From: a virus | Lineage: Duplodnaviria > Heunggongvirae > Uroviricota > Caudoviricetes | Length of the DNA stretch: 64,000 bases | Virus record (IMG/VR): IMGVR_UViG_3300033067_001111 | Span: 1-64,000 of that record | Reading direction: 5' to 3' (one strand) | In this document: positions 26,312-35,191 of the stretch, piece by piece | Numbering within the stretch: the stretch's first letter is position 1 | Layout: each line of letters begins with the position of its first letter | Program-made: the position numbers and the translations under genes | Notes under the pieces: generated by a model | Database searches by the model: none | Told to the model about the DNA's origin: nothing | What the model saw: the letters and a program-made list of their open reading frames with translations, nothing else

Positions 26312-26383
26312 TGGAGCACCCAACGGGACTCGAACCCGCGACCTCAGGCCAAACCCTGAACTCTACCCCTGAGCTATAGGTGC
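26312..26383 (-). tRNA. tRNA with irregular anticodon arm (18 nt instead of 17; TTG/TGG-like), G-U at 6-67
   Basis: Acceptor GCACCTA/TGGGTGC, D arm GCTC-AGGGGTA-GAGT, T arm GCGGG-TTCGAGT-CCCGT, CCA encoded. The anticodon region TTCAGGGTTTGGCCTGAG folds as a 5-bp stem with an 8-nt loop or a 6-bp stem with a 6-nt loop. Confidence 0.65.
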
Positions 26384-26634
26384 AGTATATGGTCTCCATT
26401 GGCCATCGGAATCCACTACAATCCAGTGTTCTTCATGCCAATCTGTTGATTCCCCCTCCTGTACGCCAACGGACGCCCGAGCTACAAGCTGGTTGTCAAT
26501 TACGTGGACTGTGGAGAGGAAGAACGCCCCGTTTCTGGAGTTGATAACCGTGCGCTCAAAGAAATTCCAAAATCTGTTGAGGGTTTCCTGGGCACTAGGA
26601 GTTATGAGCGTGGGAAGAAGTTCGTCGGGCATTG

Positions 26635-27558
26635 TTAGGCTCCTGGCCAGAAAAACTGTGGAACATGGTTGCACAAATGGTAACCAAGAAGTTGAACCAC
26701 ATTCTCAATATGGCATTTGTACAGGCCACTGTTGTTGAAGCAGTTGAATTCTATGACCTTAAGCTGGTTGTCTGCTGTGCGTGCGATATCCATGACGCAC
26801 ACGGGATGTGGTGTCCAACCTCGTGCAATGCGCTGGGCAAATTCCCAGACCTCACGTGGTGCACTTGCTGCAGGCGTAGGTTGGTACATGCTAGCAGCTA
26901 TTGGCCGGCCACCAACCACCACAAATCGCCATTCTTCAGCCAGCTCCTGTACGGGGGCTATGAACAGTGGTGTACTGCGAGTTAGAATTCCGTACTCCGC
27001 GTCCAACACCTGTTGGTCTTCATCCGTGCTGTCCTGAATCTTTCCTACCCACTGCTCAAAGTTTTCCGCTGAATCCACAGTACCACTAACTTGCTTGGAA
27101 TCATTATCCACTTTGAAGAACAGGTTAGTTCCGAACCTTGTCCTAATATCTTTGGTCGTCTGCCAGTTTAGGTGTTTAGGCTGAATCAGAATGAAATCTG
27201 AATTCAGATAGTCTGCACCCAGTTGCTGAGCATATACTGAGGGCCTAAATTGTTGTGGGTTGTAGAAGACGCTTTGGCGGCCATAGAAATTGCGTTGAGC
27301 ACACATCACGCTGGTGGTAGAACCCAGTATGACACTTTTGTTTCCCTTCTCGTACTCAAAAAGCAGAGAATCTAAAATGGCTTCAGGCAGTGCCGTACTG
27401 AATGGTGGAAGGTCAAATACATCACACTTTGCATCAAATGCAGTACCACCAAGGTACTGGTTGTCATTGAAATTCTGAATTGCATCTGTCCAATCCTGAA
27501 CCCCATTGTTGTTAAGATTTTGCTGGATGCGAAATGTGATTGTTAGCTTCTTGCTCAC
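26635..27558 (-). CDS. ATP-grasp fold protein
   Basis: C-terminal [17 protein letters not shown]...[28 protein letters not shown] matches ATP-grasp C-terminal motifs (RimK-like). Confidence 0.45.
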   Translation of the reverse strand: MSKKLTITFRIQQNLNNNGVQDWTDAIQNFNDNQYLGGTAFDAKCDVFDLPPFSTALPEAILDSLLFEYEKGNKSVILGSTTSVMCAQRNFYGRQSVFYNPQQFRPSVYAQQLGADYLNSDFILIQPKHLNWQTTKDIRTRFGTNLFFKVDNDSKQVSGTVDSAENFEQWVGKIQDSTDEDQQVLDAEYGILTRSTPLFIAPVQELAEEWRFVVVGGRPIAASMYQPTPAASAPREVWEFAQRIARGWTPHPVCVMDIARTADNQLKVIEFNCFNNSGLYKCHIENVVQLLGYHLCNHVPQFFWPGA

Positions 27559-27986
27559 GATAATACCTCAGGCAATTTGTCACCCTTAGTGCTGTTACAC
27601 TTCTCGCAAAGAGTCTGGGAGTTTTCTAACGAATTTCTCCCGCCCTTGGACCGTGGAATGACATGGTCCTGGGTCATGAGCGTACCACAATTTGCATACA
27701 GATTGAAATGATGGTGACAATCTTTAGGTTGACCCTTACTCCGTTGGAGTTTGAAGTGAGTACCTGCTACCCCACATAACTGACAGACTACACCATGTAT
27801 CTTGAACGTACTCAAGCGCAGTCCACTAACGTGCACAGCGTACTTCTGTCCTCCGAACTCAAACCATTTTCTTGGCAGTTTGCCTTGGACACAACCTACA
27901 CCATCACTGCAAACGTGGTCCAGTACTGTACTCAGCGGTATGTGTTCGACAGCAGTAGTGTACCTTCGTTTCATGGTTAGACTCAC
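27555..27986 (-). CDS. HNH endonuclease (family 2)
   Basis: Classic HNH core [30 protein letters not shown]. Confidence 0.6.
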   Translation of the reverse strand: MSLTMKRRYTTAVEHIPLSTVLDHVCSDGVGCVQGKLPRKWFEFGGQKYAVHVSGLRLSTFKIHGVVCQLCGVAGTHFKLQRSKGQPKDCHHHFNLYANCGTLMTQDHVIPRSKGGRNSLENSQTLCEKCNSTKGDKLPEVLS

Positions 27987-28010
27987 TAGTGGGAAAGCTA
28001 GGAATCAATG

Positions 28011-28943
28011 TTAGATGCTAGAGTTCAGGGCAAACAGTTCCTTAGTTTCTTCCACAGACTTCAGAACATAGCTCACTTCAGTCCCTAGGGTTTTAACGGG
28101 GGCCAAGCACGCTAGTGCTCTGTCGTTTAGGTTTTGGAGTCTGGTGTCCAGCTCGTTCAGAAATCTTGTGTTTTCCTTGACCAGTTCAGCGGCCTGGACT
28201 ACGGACTTAAACTCCTGTAGTTGTTTGAGTTCAAGTTGTTGGGCAGTTAGCTGATCTCGAAGCTCATTGTGCCGTTCTCTAATCTTGTTGTGGGCTGTCT
28301 TCAGCTCTTGAGCCTGAAATTTGAGTTTCTTGATGATCTCATCTACAAATTCCGTGGTGTCCAACGGATTTTTGATGTTCTGAACAGTTTTCAACAAGCT
28401 CTGAGTCTTGTTGTGCTGCTCCATTATATCGTTCTCAGCCTTTTCGTAGTGCACGTCCAAGTACACAGCATAGGCCTTCATCCGGAGTTCAGGATTGTTC
28501 GTAAATTCCTGGTTAGAAACTTGCAGATATGGATTGACCTTGTTATTCTGCTCGTCCTGCGCGATTTTTTCGTTGAACTCAGCGCTGAGTTTAGTCAAAT
28601 TGCCTGAGCGAACCACCAAATGCAAGATTAGAGTAATTGGGGCAGCAACTTGGAAATGAATTAGAAATCTAGCTACGGGCCAAGTCCATGGCCAGTAATT
28701 GAACCAGCAGATTCCTGATAACAAAGGAATCAAACACAGAAGTGTAGCTATCCACCAAAGTATATGGAAATAAACTACTAGAAGCACACAAGTTACAATA
28801 GCCCCTACAAACCCAAGTCCGCCAACCCCAAACCCGTTGTCGTTCTTGTACATCTCGTGGAAATAGTTTTTCTTCACATACTGGGCTTTTTGCTTCTCAG
28901 TGTTTGCCTTCTGCTTTTGGAGGAAATCCCAAACTTCGTTCAT
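28011..28943 (-). CDS. membrane protein with long coiled-coil region
   Basis: Start moved to the internal MNEVWDF to clear tRNA-Met. Several TM helices are followed by a heptad-rich C-terminal half. Confidence 0.45.
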   Translation of the reverse strand: MNEVWDFLQKQKANTEKQKAQYVKKNYFHEMYKNDNGFGVGGLGFVGAIVTCVLLVVYFHILWWIATLLCLIPLLSGICWFNYWPWTWPVARFLIHFQVAAPITLILHLVVRSGNLTKLSAEFNEKIAQDEQNNKVNPYLQVSNQEFTNNPELRMKAYAVYLDVHYEKAENDIMEQHNKTQSLLKTVQNIKNPLDTTEFVDEIIKKLKFQAQELKTAHNKIRERHNELRDQLTAQQLELKQLQEFKSVVQAAELVKENTRFLNELDTRLQNLNDRALACLAPVKTLGTEVSYVLKSVEETKELFALNSSI

Positions 28944-28952
28944 GTTGTTTCC

Positions 28953-29028
28953 TGGTACCGGTGGTGGGGGTCGAACCCACGGCCTCACACCTTATGAAGA
29001 TGGTGCTCTACCACTGAGCTACACCGGC
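28953..29028 (-). tRNA. tRNA-Met/Ile2 type (CAT), elongator-like
   Basis: Acceptor GCCGGTG/CACCGGT, anticodon loop TTCATAA, T arm GTGGG-TTCGACC-CCCAC, CCA encoded. No initiator hallmarks (3 GC pairs in anticodon stem, 1-72 mismatch). Confidence 0.75.
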
Positions 29029-29034
29029 TTGTTG

Positions 29035-29313
29035 CTAAGCTTCGTTCCTAACCTTTTTCTGCATGATTTGCGCGTAGTTAGCCAAGCGCGTTCGTCGGTC
29101 ACGGAGAGCTGGAATGTCTCGGATCTCATTCACAGTCTGCCGGGCTTCAACCGCTAGGTTCTGGCCCGCGGCCTTCAAGTATCGGAGTTCCAAACTCAGT
29201 TCTTCGTACTTGGCCTTGAGCTCAGTTAACTCCCGTTGTTGATCGTTGAATTGCTTGAGAAGCGGTGTATAGAGGCGAGCTTTGAACTGTTCAAGGGTTT
29301 CGGGCTGATCCAT
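29035..29313 (-). CDS. coiled-coil protein
   Basis: 92 aa. AGGAG RBS 11 nt upstream of the ATG. Confidence 0.45.
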   Translation of the reverse strand: MDQPETLEQFKARLYTPLLKQFNDQQRELTELKAKYEELSLELRYLKAAGQNLAVEARQTVNEIRDIPALRDRRTRLANYAQIMQKKVRNEA

Positions 29314-29425
29314 GGTGTAAGACTCCTGTTTGGTTTGTAACGGATAAGGTACCAGATAAAGCTGAAGTAGCAGGCAAAGAACATCACAAGAAATATTGTG
29401 TTAGCTATCTGCTGGGGATTTCGTT

Positions 29426-30250
29426 TCACGGAGCACTACACGCATCACGCAGTTGTTCGTATTTGTCTATGGCAAATGCTGTGAGTGCGCCCCACAAATA
29501 ATCTTTTTGCACTGACCATCCTGGGTAGATGCCAATACTGTCGTCGGAAAACATTTCGCGAAGTTCAGTTAACAGCTTAGCTCGAGCTTCCACCATATTA
29601 GGATTAAGCAGGTTGTTAATCGTAGTACTAACTGCGTGATGTTGAGTATCTACACCCAGCGCCTTCTCCACACGCTCGCCCCGCACATTCATATGGTGTA
29701 GGAACAGCACAAACAACAGTGCATCACGATGTGCAAAGTGCTCGTACAGAGCTTTCCACACGCCAGGTGCTACTGCCTGAAGTTCGCTGGTGTCATGCAA
29801 GTGCAGAGCACGTAAATCTGTTTCCCACCCAGAGTACTGTGATTGGAGTTCAGGGGAACTGGGTGTGGCCACAAACATATGGCCATGGGTGTACACAAAC
29901 TGGTTACGGGCGTCAATATTGCCCAAGACCTCCAGTACAGTGTCCAACTTCCGATCCGCATACGTATCATGCAGGACCATGAGCCGAATACCAGTGCAGT
30001 TCATGCGCCAGAGAATAGTCAGGTACAGAATTCCCTGGTCAGTACTGACCATATTGAGTACGGAGTTGATTACGATGAGCGCTTTAGGCTCGTGGTTACC
30101 AACTTTGGTCCGAAGATCATCTAATACCTGATTACTCATAGTTCTATCTCGTGTACTGGATGTGGTTGTACTGGCTGACGAGTGGGCCGCAGCCGTCTGG
30201 TGTGCACGTACCGTACTCGGTAGTTTCCTTCCCGTCCTGGGTGATAACAC
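29426..30250 (-). CDS. hypothetical protein
   Basis: 274-aa ORF. An isolated GNHE motif was seen but motif order does not fit metallophosphoesterases. Confidence 0.4.
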   Translation of the reverse strand: MLSPRTGRKLPSTVRAHQTAAAHSSASTTTSSTRDRTMSNQVLDDLRTKVGNHEPKALIVINSVLNMVSTDQGILYLTILWRMNCTGIRLMVLHDTYADRKLDTVLEVLGNIDARNQFVYTHGHMFVATPSSPELQSQYSGWETDLRALHLHDTSELQAVAPGVWKALYEHFAHRDALLFVLFLHHMNVRGERVEKALGVDTQHHAVSTTINNLLNPNMVEARAKLLTELREMFSDDSIGIYPGWSVQKDYLWGALTAFAIDKYEQLRDACSAP

Positions 30251-30491
30251 CAGTACAGTTTACAGTGCTGTCAAACAGGACGCCTGTAGGAGCTGATGTG
30301 CACTCACAGGCTATGGATTGGGCTTTGGGGTGCAGACGTCGCAGGTAGGATTCAAAGCGCTTTGCATTGTCTTCCAAGCCCTTGGAAGAATGATTCTTTG
30401 CCGAGCCGATAGCGCCGATAACTACTGCCAGTAGCAGACAGACTATGGCCACTACCACCAGGACTTCAATGAGTGTGAATGCTTTTTTCAT
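30144..30491 (-). CDS. type IV pilin / pseudopilin-like protein
   Basis: Internal start MKKAFTLIEVLVVVAIVCLLLAVVIG is a class III signal peptide (prepilin peptidase motif K-A-F-T-L-I-E). C-terminal Cys pairs are typical of pilins. Confidence 0.6.
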   Translation of the reverse strand: MKKAFTLIEVLVVVAIVCLLLAVVIGAIGSAKNHSSKGLEDNAKRFESYLRRLHPKAQSIACECTSAPTGVLFDSTVNCTGVITQDGKETTEYGTCTPDGCGPLVSQYNHIQYTR

Positions 30492-30615
30492 AGGACAAAT
30501 TTGGGCCCCTCCGCTAAACCTACGAAGGGGCTGGTGTATTGCATCTACTGCCCTTTTGGGGCCGTGTTTTGCTGCCAGCTGGGTGTCCACCACGACGTTT
30601 AAGGTCAGACTTATT

Positions 30616-30652
30616 CTTAAAGCACGGCGCTCTACCGCTGAGCTACGCCCGC
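30616..30652 (-). other. orphan tRNA 5'-half-like element (acceptor + D arm + anticodon stem 5' strand)
   Basis: Minus strand reads GCGGGCG-TA-GCTC-AGCGGTA-GAGC-G-CCGTG-CTTTAAG. No matching 3' half was found downstream. Confidence 0.5.
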
Positions 30653-30672
30653 ACTATAGATCTTGTCCATAG

Positions 30673-30703
30673 TGCAGGCGTCGGGATTCGAACCCGAGAC
30701 GGG
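30673..30703 (-). other. orphan tRNA 3'-half-like element (T arm + acceptor 3' strand)
   Basis: Minus strand reads TCGGG-TTCGAAT-CCCGA-CGCCTGC-A. It lies 20 nt upstream of the orphan 5' half, and its acceptor strand is complementary to it (6 WC + 1 GU). Confidence 0.5.
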
Positions 30704-30814
30704 TGTGCATGTGTCTTTCCGGTTGATTGGTGGATTAGCTGTTGGTTGCTGAGTCTGTTGGGCGACAGTCTTAGCCTTTGTTGCGTTCTAGGCTGCTTTA
30801 CCTTGTTTGCATAA

Positions 30815-30886
30815 CCCCGTGTACAGCACACCTCTAAACCCACAATTGACTGCAGGTCCTCGTGGTACGATGTGCTGTGTACGGGG
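30815..30886. repeat. long imperfect inverted repeat (16-bp stem, ~39-nt loop)
   Basis: CCCCGTGTACAGCACA ... TGTGCTGTGTACGGGG with two central mismatches. Its right arm abuts the second 3'-half-like element. Confidence 0.6.
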
Positions 30887-30912
30887 TGGAGGGATCGAAC
30901 CTCCATACACTT
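30880..30912 (-). other. orphan tRNA 3'-half-like element
   Basis: Minus strand reads GGAGG-TTCGATC-CCTCC-ACCCCGT-A. The acceptor 3' strand pairs with ACGGGGT in the downstream hairpin arm, not with an upstream 5' half. Confidence 0.45.
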
Positions 30913-30993
30913 TGAACGCGTTTAGCCTGAGTCTTAGTCTCAGTCTAGCCCATTGCAGGCCTGAGCCTGCAAGACGTGGTTGGATACCAGTGA

Positions 30994-31812
30994 TTATCCA
31001 GTGATGAAGGCAAAGACCTGATCCATGGTCTGAGACATTTCAATCTCAACCTGGTTGGCTTCTTCCTTCGCGATCTTCACAGCATCCTGCAAGGCACGCA
31101 CACGATCCAGCATGTGCTCCTTCTTGGTCGGGGGAATGGTGGCACTCAGCTTCTTCCGAGTCCAATAACCAGCCACCGTATTCTTGGTGACTTCCCGAAT
31201 CTGGTTGGGTACGCCCTTCTCAGGCACGCCACTCTTCTCAATGACCAGGAACTCAACTGCCTGATGTTGCTTGGCAGTCTCAATGGGGTCAGATTCGTAC
31301 AGGCCCTGGTCGGTATTCAGCGTCCAGGTTTCGGCTGGGTCCAACGTCGGAAGATTCTTGACGAAGGTCTCCACATCGTTCAACACCTTACCCATCTGGA
31401 TGAGGTAGGCCACAGGCACGTCAGCGACCAGCACCTTGTCACCGATCTTGATGTCGGCCTTGGCCAAACAGTTTCCTCGTTCCTTGGTCAGGATGACGTC
31501 GCACAGGCTTGTCCATTCCTCAGTAGCCTGAGCCCATACGTCCTCAACAGACGCCTGTACAAGCTTCGCTTCCTTCGGGAAGTTATCACCACCCTCGTCC
31601 TTGGGTCGGTACTCGCCGATCATGCCGTTGAACAGATCAGTTTGCTTCGTACGATGATGAAGTTCAGTGATCTTGGTATGGGTGTTGGTCTTGTAGCCAG
31701 ATTCCAGGGCTACAACCTGGTTGAGTTTCAGCTTTTTGTGGTTCATGATGATGTTCTTTGTGTTTAAATCTGAAGACAAGTACGAGCGTATAGATTGCGA
31801 TGCTCTTTTCAC
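30994..31812 (-). CDS. hypothetical protein
   Basis: 272-aa ORF, no motif. Confidence 0.45.
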   Translation of the reverse strand: MKRASQSIRSYLSSDLNTKNIIMNHKKLKLNQVVALESGYKTNTHTKITELHHRTKQTDLFNGMIGEYRPKDEGGDNFPKEAKLVQASVEDVWAQATEEWTSLCDVILTKERGNCLAKADIKIGDKVLVADVPVAYLIQMGKVLNDVETFVKNLPTLDPAETWTLNTDQGLYESDPIETAKQHQAVEFLVIEKSGVPEKGVPNQIREVTKNTVAGYWTRKKLSATIPPTKKEHMLDRVRALQDAVKIAKEEANQVEIEMSQTMDQVFAFITG

Positions 31813-32025
31813 AGACTTACGTCGTCACCCTTTTGCTCTCATGTGTACCCACCGAGCATATCTTTGACAACTGCGATATCTTATTCCTGGCCTCAACGGC
31901 CAGGTCGCACAGGACTCCTTTGGGTTATGCCACCCTGCTCGTACTTGTCTTGGTCTTTGGACAGAGTACTCTGTTCCAAACTGTTTTTTCACATTTGAAA
32001 TACCTCTATTAAAACAGAGGTTCAA

Positions 32026-32577
32026 ATGAATTGTCTTTATTGCGGAGTTGAAACAACCAATCCCAAGTTCTGTACAAAGTCTTGTGCTGCCAAGCACAAC
32101 AACCAATATCATCCCAAAAGATTGGTTGAAGGAAATTGTTTACAGTGTTCTAAAGCTATTCGTGCTTCACGAAAGTTTTGTAGTCCTGAGTGCAGGAAGG
32201 ATTGGAATGCTGCTAATCCTGTGACTCGTCAGCCAAGATCTAATGTGCTCGGGGTTATAGCACCACCCATATCTTCTCCAGGTTGGAGAAAGTATATGAA
32301 TTACTACATTACTAAGCACAAGCGTAATACTAAAGCCAAAGCTGTTGAGTACTTGGGTGGTTGCTGTTCAATTTGTGGGTATAGCAAATGTCTTTCGGCT
32401 CTGGAGTTTCATCATCAAGACCCATCTGCAAAGGACTTTTCTATTGCCATGAGTTCCAGAAAGTTTGAAAAAATCAAAGCAGAGTTGGACAAATGCATCC
32501 TTGTTTGTGCAAACTGTCACAGAGAGATTCACGAACTCGCTACTATAGGTTGGAGCCCAGGGTCAGATTTGAACTGA
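32026..32577 (+). CDS. HNH homing endonuclease (paralogue family 1)
   Basis: AGAGG RBS. FCTKSCAAKHNN zinc cluster plus HNH core CSICGYSKCLSALEFHHQDP...CANCHREIHE. The 3' end overlaps tRNA-Cys on the opposite strand. Confidence 0.65.
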   Translation: MNCLYCGVETTNPKFCTKSCAAKHNNQYHPKRLVEGNCLQCSKAIRASRKFCSPECRKDWNAANPVTRQPRSNVLGVIAPPISSPGWRKYMNYYITKHKRNTKAKAVEYLGGCCSICGYSKCLSALEFHHQDPSAKDFSIAMSSRKFEKIKAELDKCILVCANCHREIHELATIGWSPGSDLN

Positions 32578-32627
32578 CGATAATCAAGGTTGCAGCTTGA
32601 GGGCTTAAACCACTTGCCAACCTGGGC
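32551..32627 (-). tRNA. tRNA-Cys (GCA)
   Basis: Acceptor GCCCAGG/CCTGGGC, anticodon arm TCAAG-CTGCAAC-CTTGA, T arm GTCAG-TTCAAAT-CTGAC, T73, CCA encoded. Confidence 0.8.
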
Positions 32628-32822
32628 ATGTGAGAATAGAGAGGGAGTTAACTGCGCACAGTTCTCCACCGACAGCGGACAGCAAGTCTGCGACATGCTA
32701 CCTCAAGGCTATTAACTCTGGGACGCAAACCCCCACCTGAACACATACGACTACCACACTCATGAGGTAATGTACGTCCGTTCTGCGCAGCTACCCGCCT
32801 GTGACAAACACAACACTGTACT

Positions 32823-33149
32823 TCAGTCTGTGACATGTTTGAACTCACGGAGTGCAGTGTTAAGGGCCTCGGCCAATGGCTGTGCTGCTTCCTCCGTGGG
32901 AAAGAAGTTTCCAACCTCTCTGTAGCCGCGATCAATCTCATCATCTGCCCACACAACGGACTCCGTACAGAATCCTTTGTTACAGGCTACGACCACGACG
33001 TATTTATCCCCCTGCCGGGGCCAGGCGCTTTCGGATTCAAGGACTTCAGAGATCTGTGTAAGTTTCTGGATCTCATCATCTACTTCCTTCCTCATTGCCT
33101 GTAGCTGTGCAAGTCGTTCGTGGTCGGGGATTGGGGTGTTATCGTTCAT
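32823..33149 (-). CDS. hypothetical protein
   Basis: 108-aa acidic ORF. Confidence 0.4.
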   Translation of the reverse strand: MNDNTPIPDHERLAQLQAMRKEVDDEIQKLTQISEVLESESAWPRQGDKYVVVVACNKGFCTESVVWADDEIDRGYREVGNFFPTEEAAQPLAEALNTALREFKHVTD

Positions 33150-33355
33150 GGCTAAATAGGTGAGACAAACCTCGTTCTTTGATACTGTTGGGGGTCATTG
33201 GACCCAAAATTCTTATATCATCCAGGTGATGAACTGCAAGCCGTATGTCTGCGTCGCCTGAAAATGGGCGGAGCACATAACAATGACGATCAACGCAGTA
33301 CTTAATTCCATACTGAACACCAGGACTAGAGCAGTACACAGCTTTATGCCATGTT

Positions 33356-33778
33356 CTAAGCAGGGTGCGTAGCAGAGAGCTCATTGTTGTTGGCCTCACT
33401 TGGACTTGGGTACGTGGCAGTAACCAACTGTTCTTCACTGATGTCCAGAGAGAAATGTCCGCCGTAATCGTAGTCTGAATACCGTGTGTTAATCAACAGG
33501 ATTAAAGTCTGTAGTTCTTCTTCCGTTGCCTGGTGGGTATTGGTAAACAACTGCGTGCGGCGTGCGAGAGACTGGACTAGTGCATGATCTCTGATCCACT
33601 TTGCGTGGAACTTGTAGTGCATCATCTCACTGAGTGCACCATTCCGAACTCTGTTCACATGATTAAAATGGTTGGTAGCTGTCTGCAGTGCTGCGTCTTT
33701 TGACTCACAGGCCACAAACTTACACCCACCATAATCATTTTGATCGTCTTCGATTCTGAGCAACCATACTTTCATCTT
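33356..33778 (-). CDS. hypothetical protein
   Basis: GGAGAAAAG RBS before the internal MKVWLL start. The longer ORF to 33928 has no RBS. Confidence 0.4.
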   Translation of the reverse strand, partial: KMKVWLLRIEDDQNDYGGCKFVACESKDAALQTATNHFNHVNRVRNGALSEMMHYKFHAKWIRDHALVQSLARRTQLFTNTHQATEEELQTLILLINTRYSDYDYGGHFSLDISEEQLVTATYPSPSEANNNELSATHPA

Positions 33779-34007
33779 TTCTCCTGCTAGGCTTGAGAAG
33801 CTACGCACGTGAAATGCTAGGCTGTTGGACAGGGTGGCATGAAAAAATCCGAGTTCAGAGCTTGATGTCAACTCTGACCCAGTTTCCAGTAGAGAAGGCA
33901 AGATGGACGTATCCACTGCCCTTGTCAAATGGTAAATCCCTAGCTTCCTTACGCCAGAAGACTAGAGACCCACATTGTAAAATCTCTACGTGGTCAGCAA
34001 GAGCCGA

Positions 34008-34248
34008 GGACTTACAAAGATTGACTTTGTAAGTCCTGCCTTGTAGTATTTTCGTACTCAGATTGCAACTGTCTGACCACGTAGTCTGATGTTTCCAATG
34101 TTCAATCTCCCAGCCCCTGATCCAAATCAGGGGCTGTATGAGATGTCAGCACGCCACTCATCTTGAAGGTGATAGACTGTGTCTTGCAGTGCATTGATCT
34201 GTGCTTTTAGCCTATGTACTTGAATGATCGTCCTGATCATTCAAGTAC
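34008..34248. promoter_or_regulatory. three strong hairpins in a 350-nt gene-free spacer
   Basis: Perfect inverted repeats: 12-bp stem at 34008-34036, 11-bp at 34111-34136, 14-bp at 34216-34248. None is followed by a U tract on either strand. Confidence 0.55.
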
Positions 34249-34274
34249 ATAGCCACGCACAAACCAGTTAACAT

Positions 34275-34634
34275 TTAGGGTTCCCTGCTTGTTGACCACT
34301 TCTTTCTAGACTGTTCAATCTGCGTGCGTTGGTCAGGAAACCGCTTTTCCAGTGCTTCCCATGTGATGTTCTCACACCCCACAGCCCAAGAATCGCCGCC
34401 AATTTTGCCGTCGTTGTCTAGCCCATCGCAGAGCGTGGCACCTTGAACTCCACCGCCCTGCAGGAACTTACGGTTACCGTAACCATCCTTCAACCAGATT
34501 TGGTAATCAACTGGTACCTTACCATTGCTATCAGTCATCATCAGCAGGGGGAAGGACATGAACAGTCCAAAACCAATGATTCCGCCAATACAGCCTAGGC
34601 CTCTGGCGGAATCATCGCTGATTTTGATTGGCAT
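34275..34634 (-). CDS. small Gly-rich membrane protein
   Basis: 119 aa, hydrophobic segment LGCIGGIIGFGLFMSFPLLMM. Immediately downstream of the transglycosylase. Confidence 0.4.
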   Translation of the reverse strand: MPIKISDDSARGLGCIGGIIGFGLFMSFPLLMMTDSNGKVPVDYQIWLKDGYGNRKFLQGGGVQGATLCDGLDNDGKIGGDSWAVGCENITWEALEKRFPDQRTQIEQSRKKWSTSREP

Positions 34635-35191
34635 TAGAGTTCCTTGCCTGAAGACAAGTACTTACGTAGTTGAGGTAGTGACCATGTCCTTAGCCGGCTC
34701 AACGTGCGCTCAGCTTGGCGGGTATAAGCCGTTGAATGGTATGCACCATTGCGTGCTTGGGCGTGGCCTTGGTTGTACTTTAACCACATGCCACGAACAC
34801 TGCCGCGACTGGACAACAAATGTCCTCTGAGGTATGCAGTGCCCGCTCGGATATTGTGCTCAGGTTTCTTGGGATCCAAGCCCTTCAGCAAATGTCCTTG
34901 AGGACCAAAGTTTGAACGCCACGTACTGCGTGTAAACTGCATGATTCCCATCTGAGGGCGGCTTGCCATACTGAACCTTGATTCATGGTAAGCAGTGACA
35001 GCCACTATCAGTGGGTCTACATTCAGCTCCTTGCCTGACTGGCAGATGGAAGCTGTTATCTTCTGGCAGTATGCTAGTCCCTTGGACTTTAACTGACAGG
35101 ATTCAACCAAGCATTCAACTTTGTCGTTGACCACGTTGGTCGGGGGGTTGGCGCTGAACGCTGTCAGCACCAGGATCAATGTTTTTAGCAT
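34634..35191 (-). CDS. lytic transglycosylase (SLT domain), secreted
   Basis: Signal peptide, then the SLT catalytic motifs AYHESRF...MGIMQF...AGTAYL. Confidence 0.75.
   Translation of the reverse strand: MLKTLILVLTAFSANPPTNVVNDKVECLVESCQLKSKGLAYCQKITASICQSGKELNVDPLIVAVTAYHESRFSMASRPQMGIMQFTRSTWRSNFGPQGHLLKGLDPKKPEHNIRAGTAYLRGHLLSSRGSVRGMWLKYNQGHAQARNGAYHSTAYTRQAERTLSRLRTWSLPQLRKYLSSGKEL

Noticed and set aside
26363-26674. 103-aa minus ORF upstream of the irregular tRNA
   Set aside because: Its 3' end overlaps the first 20 nt of the tRNA at 26312-26383, and there is no RBS at its start. It may still be real in a shorter form, but it was not called.
29426-30250. Possible calcineurin-like metallophosphoesterase (GNHE motif)
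   Set aside because: Only one motif was found, and it lies at the wrong position relative to where the DxH/GDxxD/GHxH motifs should be. Left as hypothetical.
30616-30652. Intron-containing tRNA (group I intron in the anticodon loop) as an explanation for the orphan 5' half
   Set aside because: No 3' exon (T arm plus matching acceptor strand) exists downstream on the same strand. The next 350 nt encode the pilin-like protein.
30673-30912. attP-like tRNA 3' fragments marking a prophage integration module
   Set aside because: No integrase, recombinase or excisionase motif (R..HxxR..Y, or serine recombinase) was found in any neighbouring ORF.
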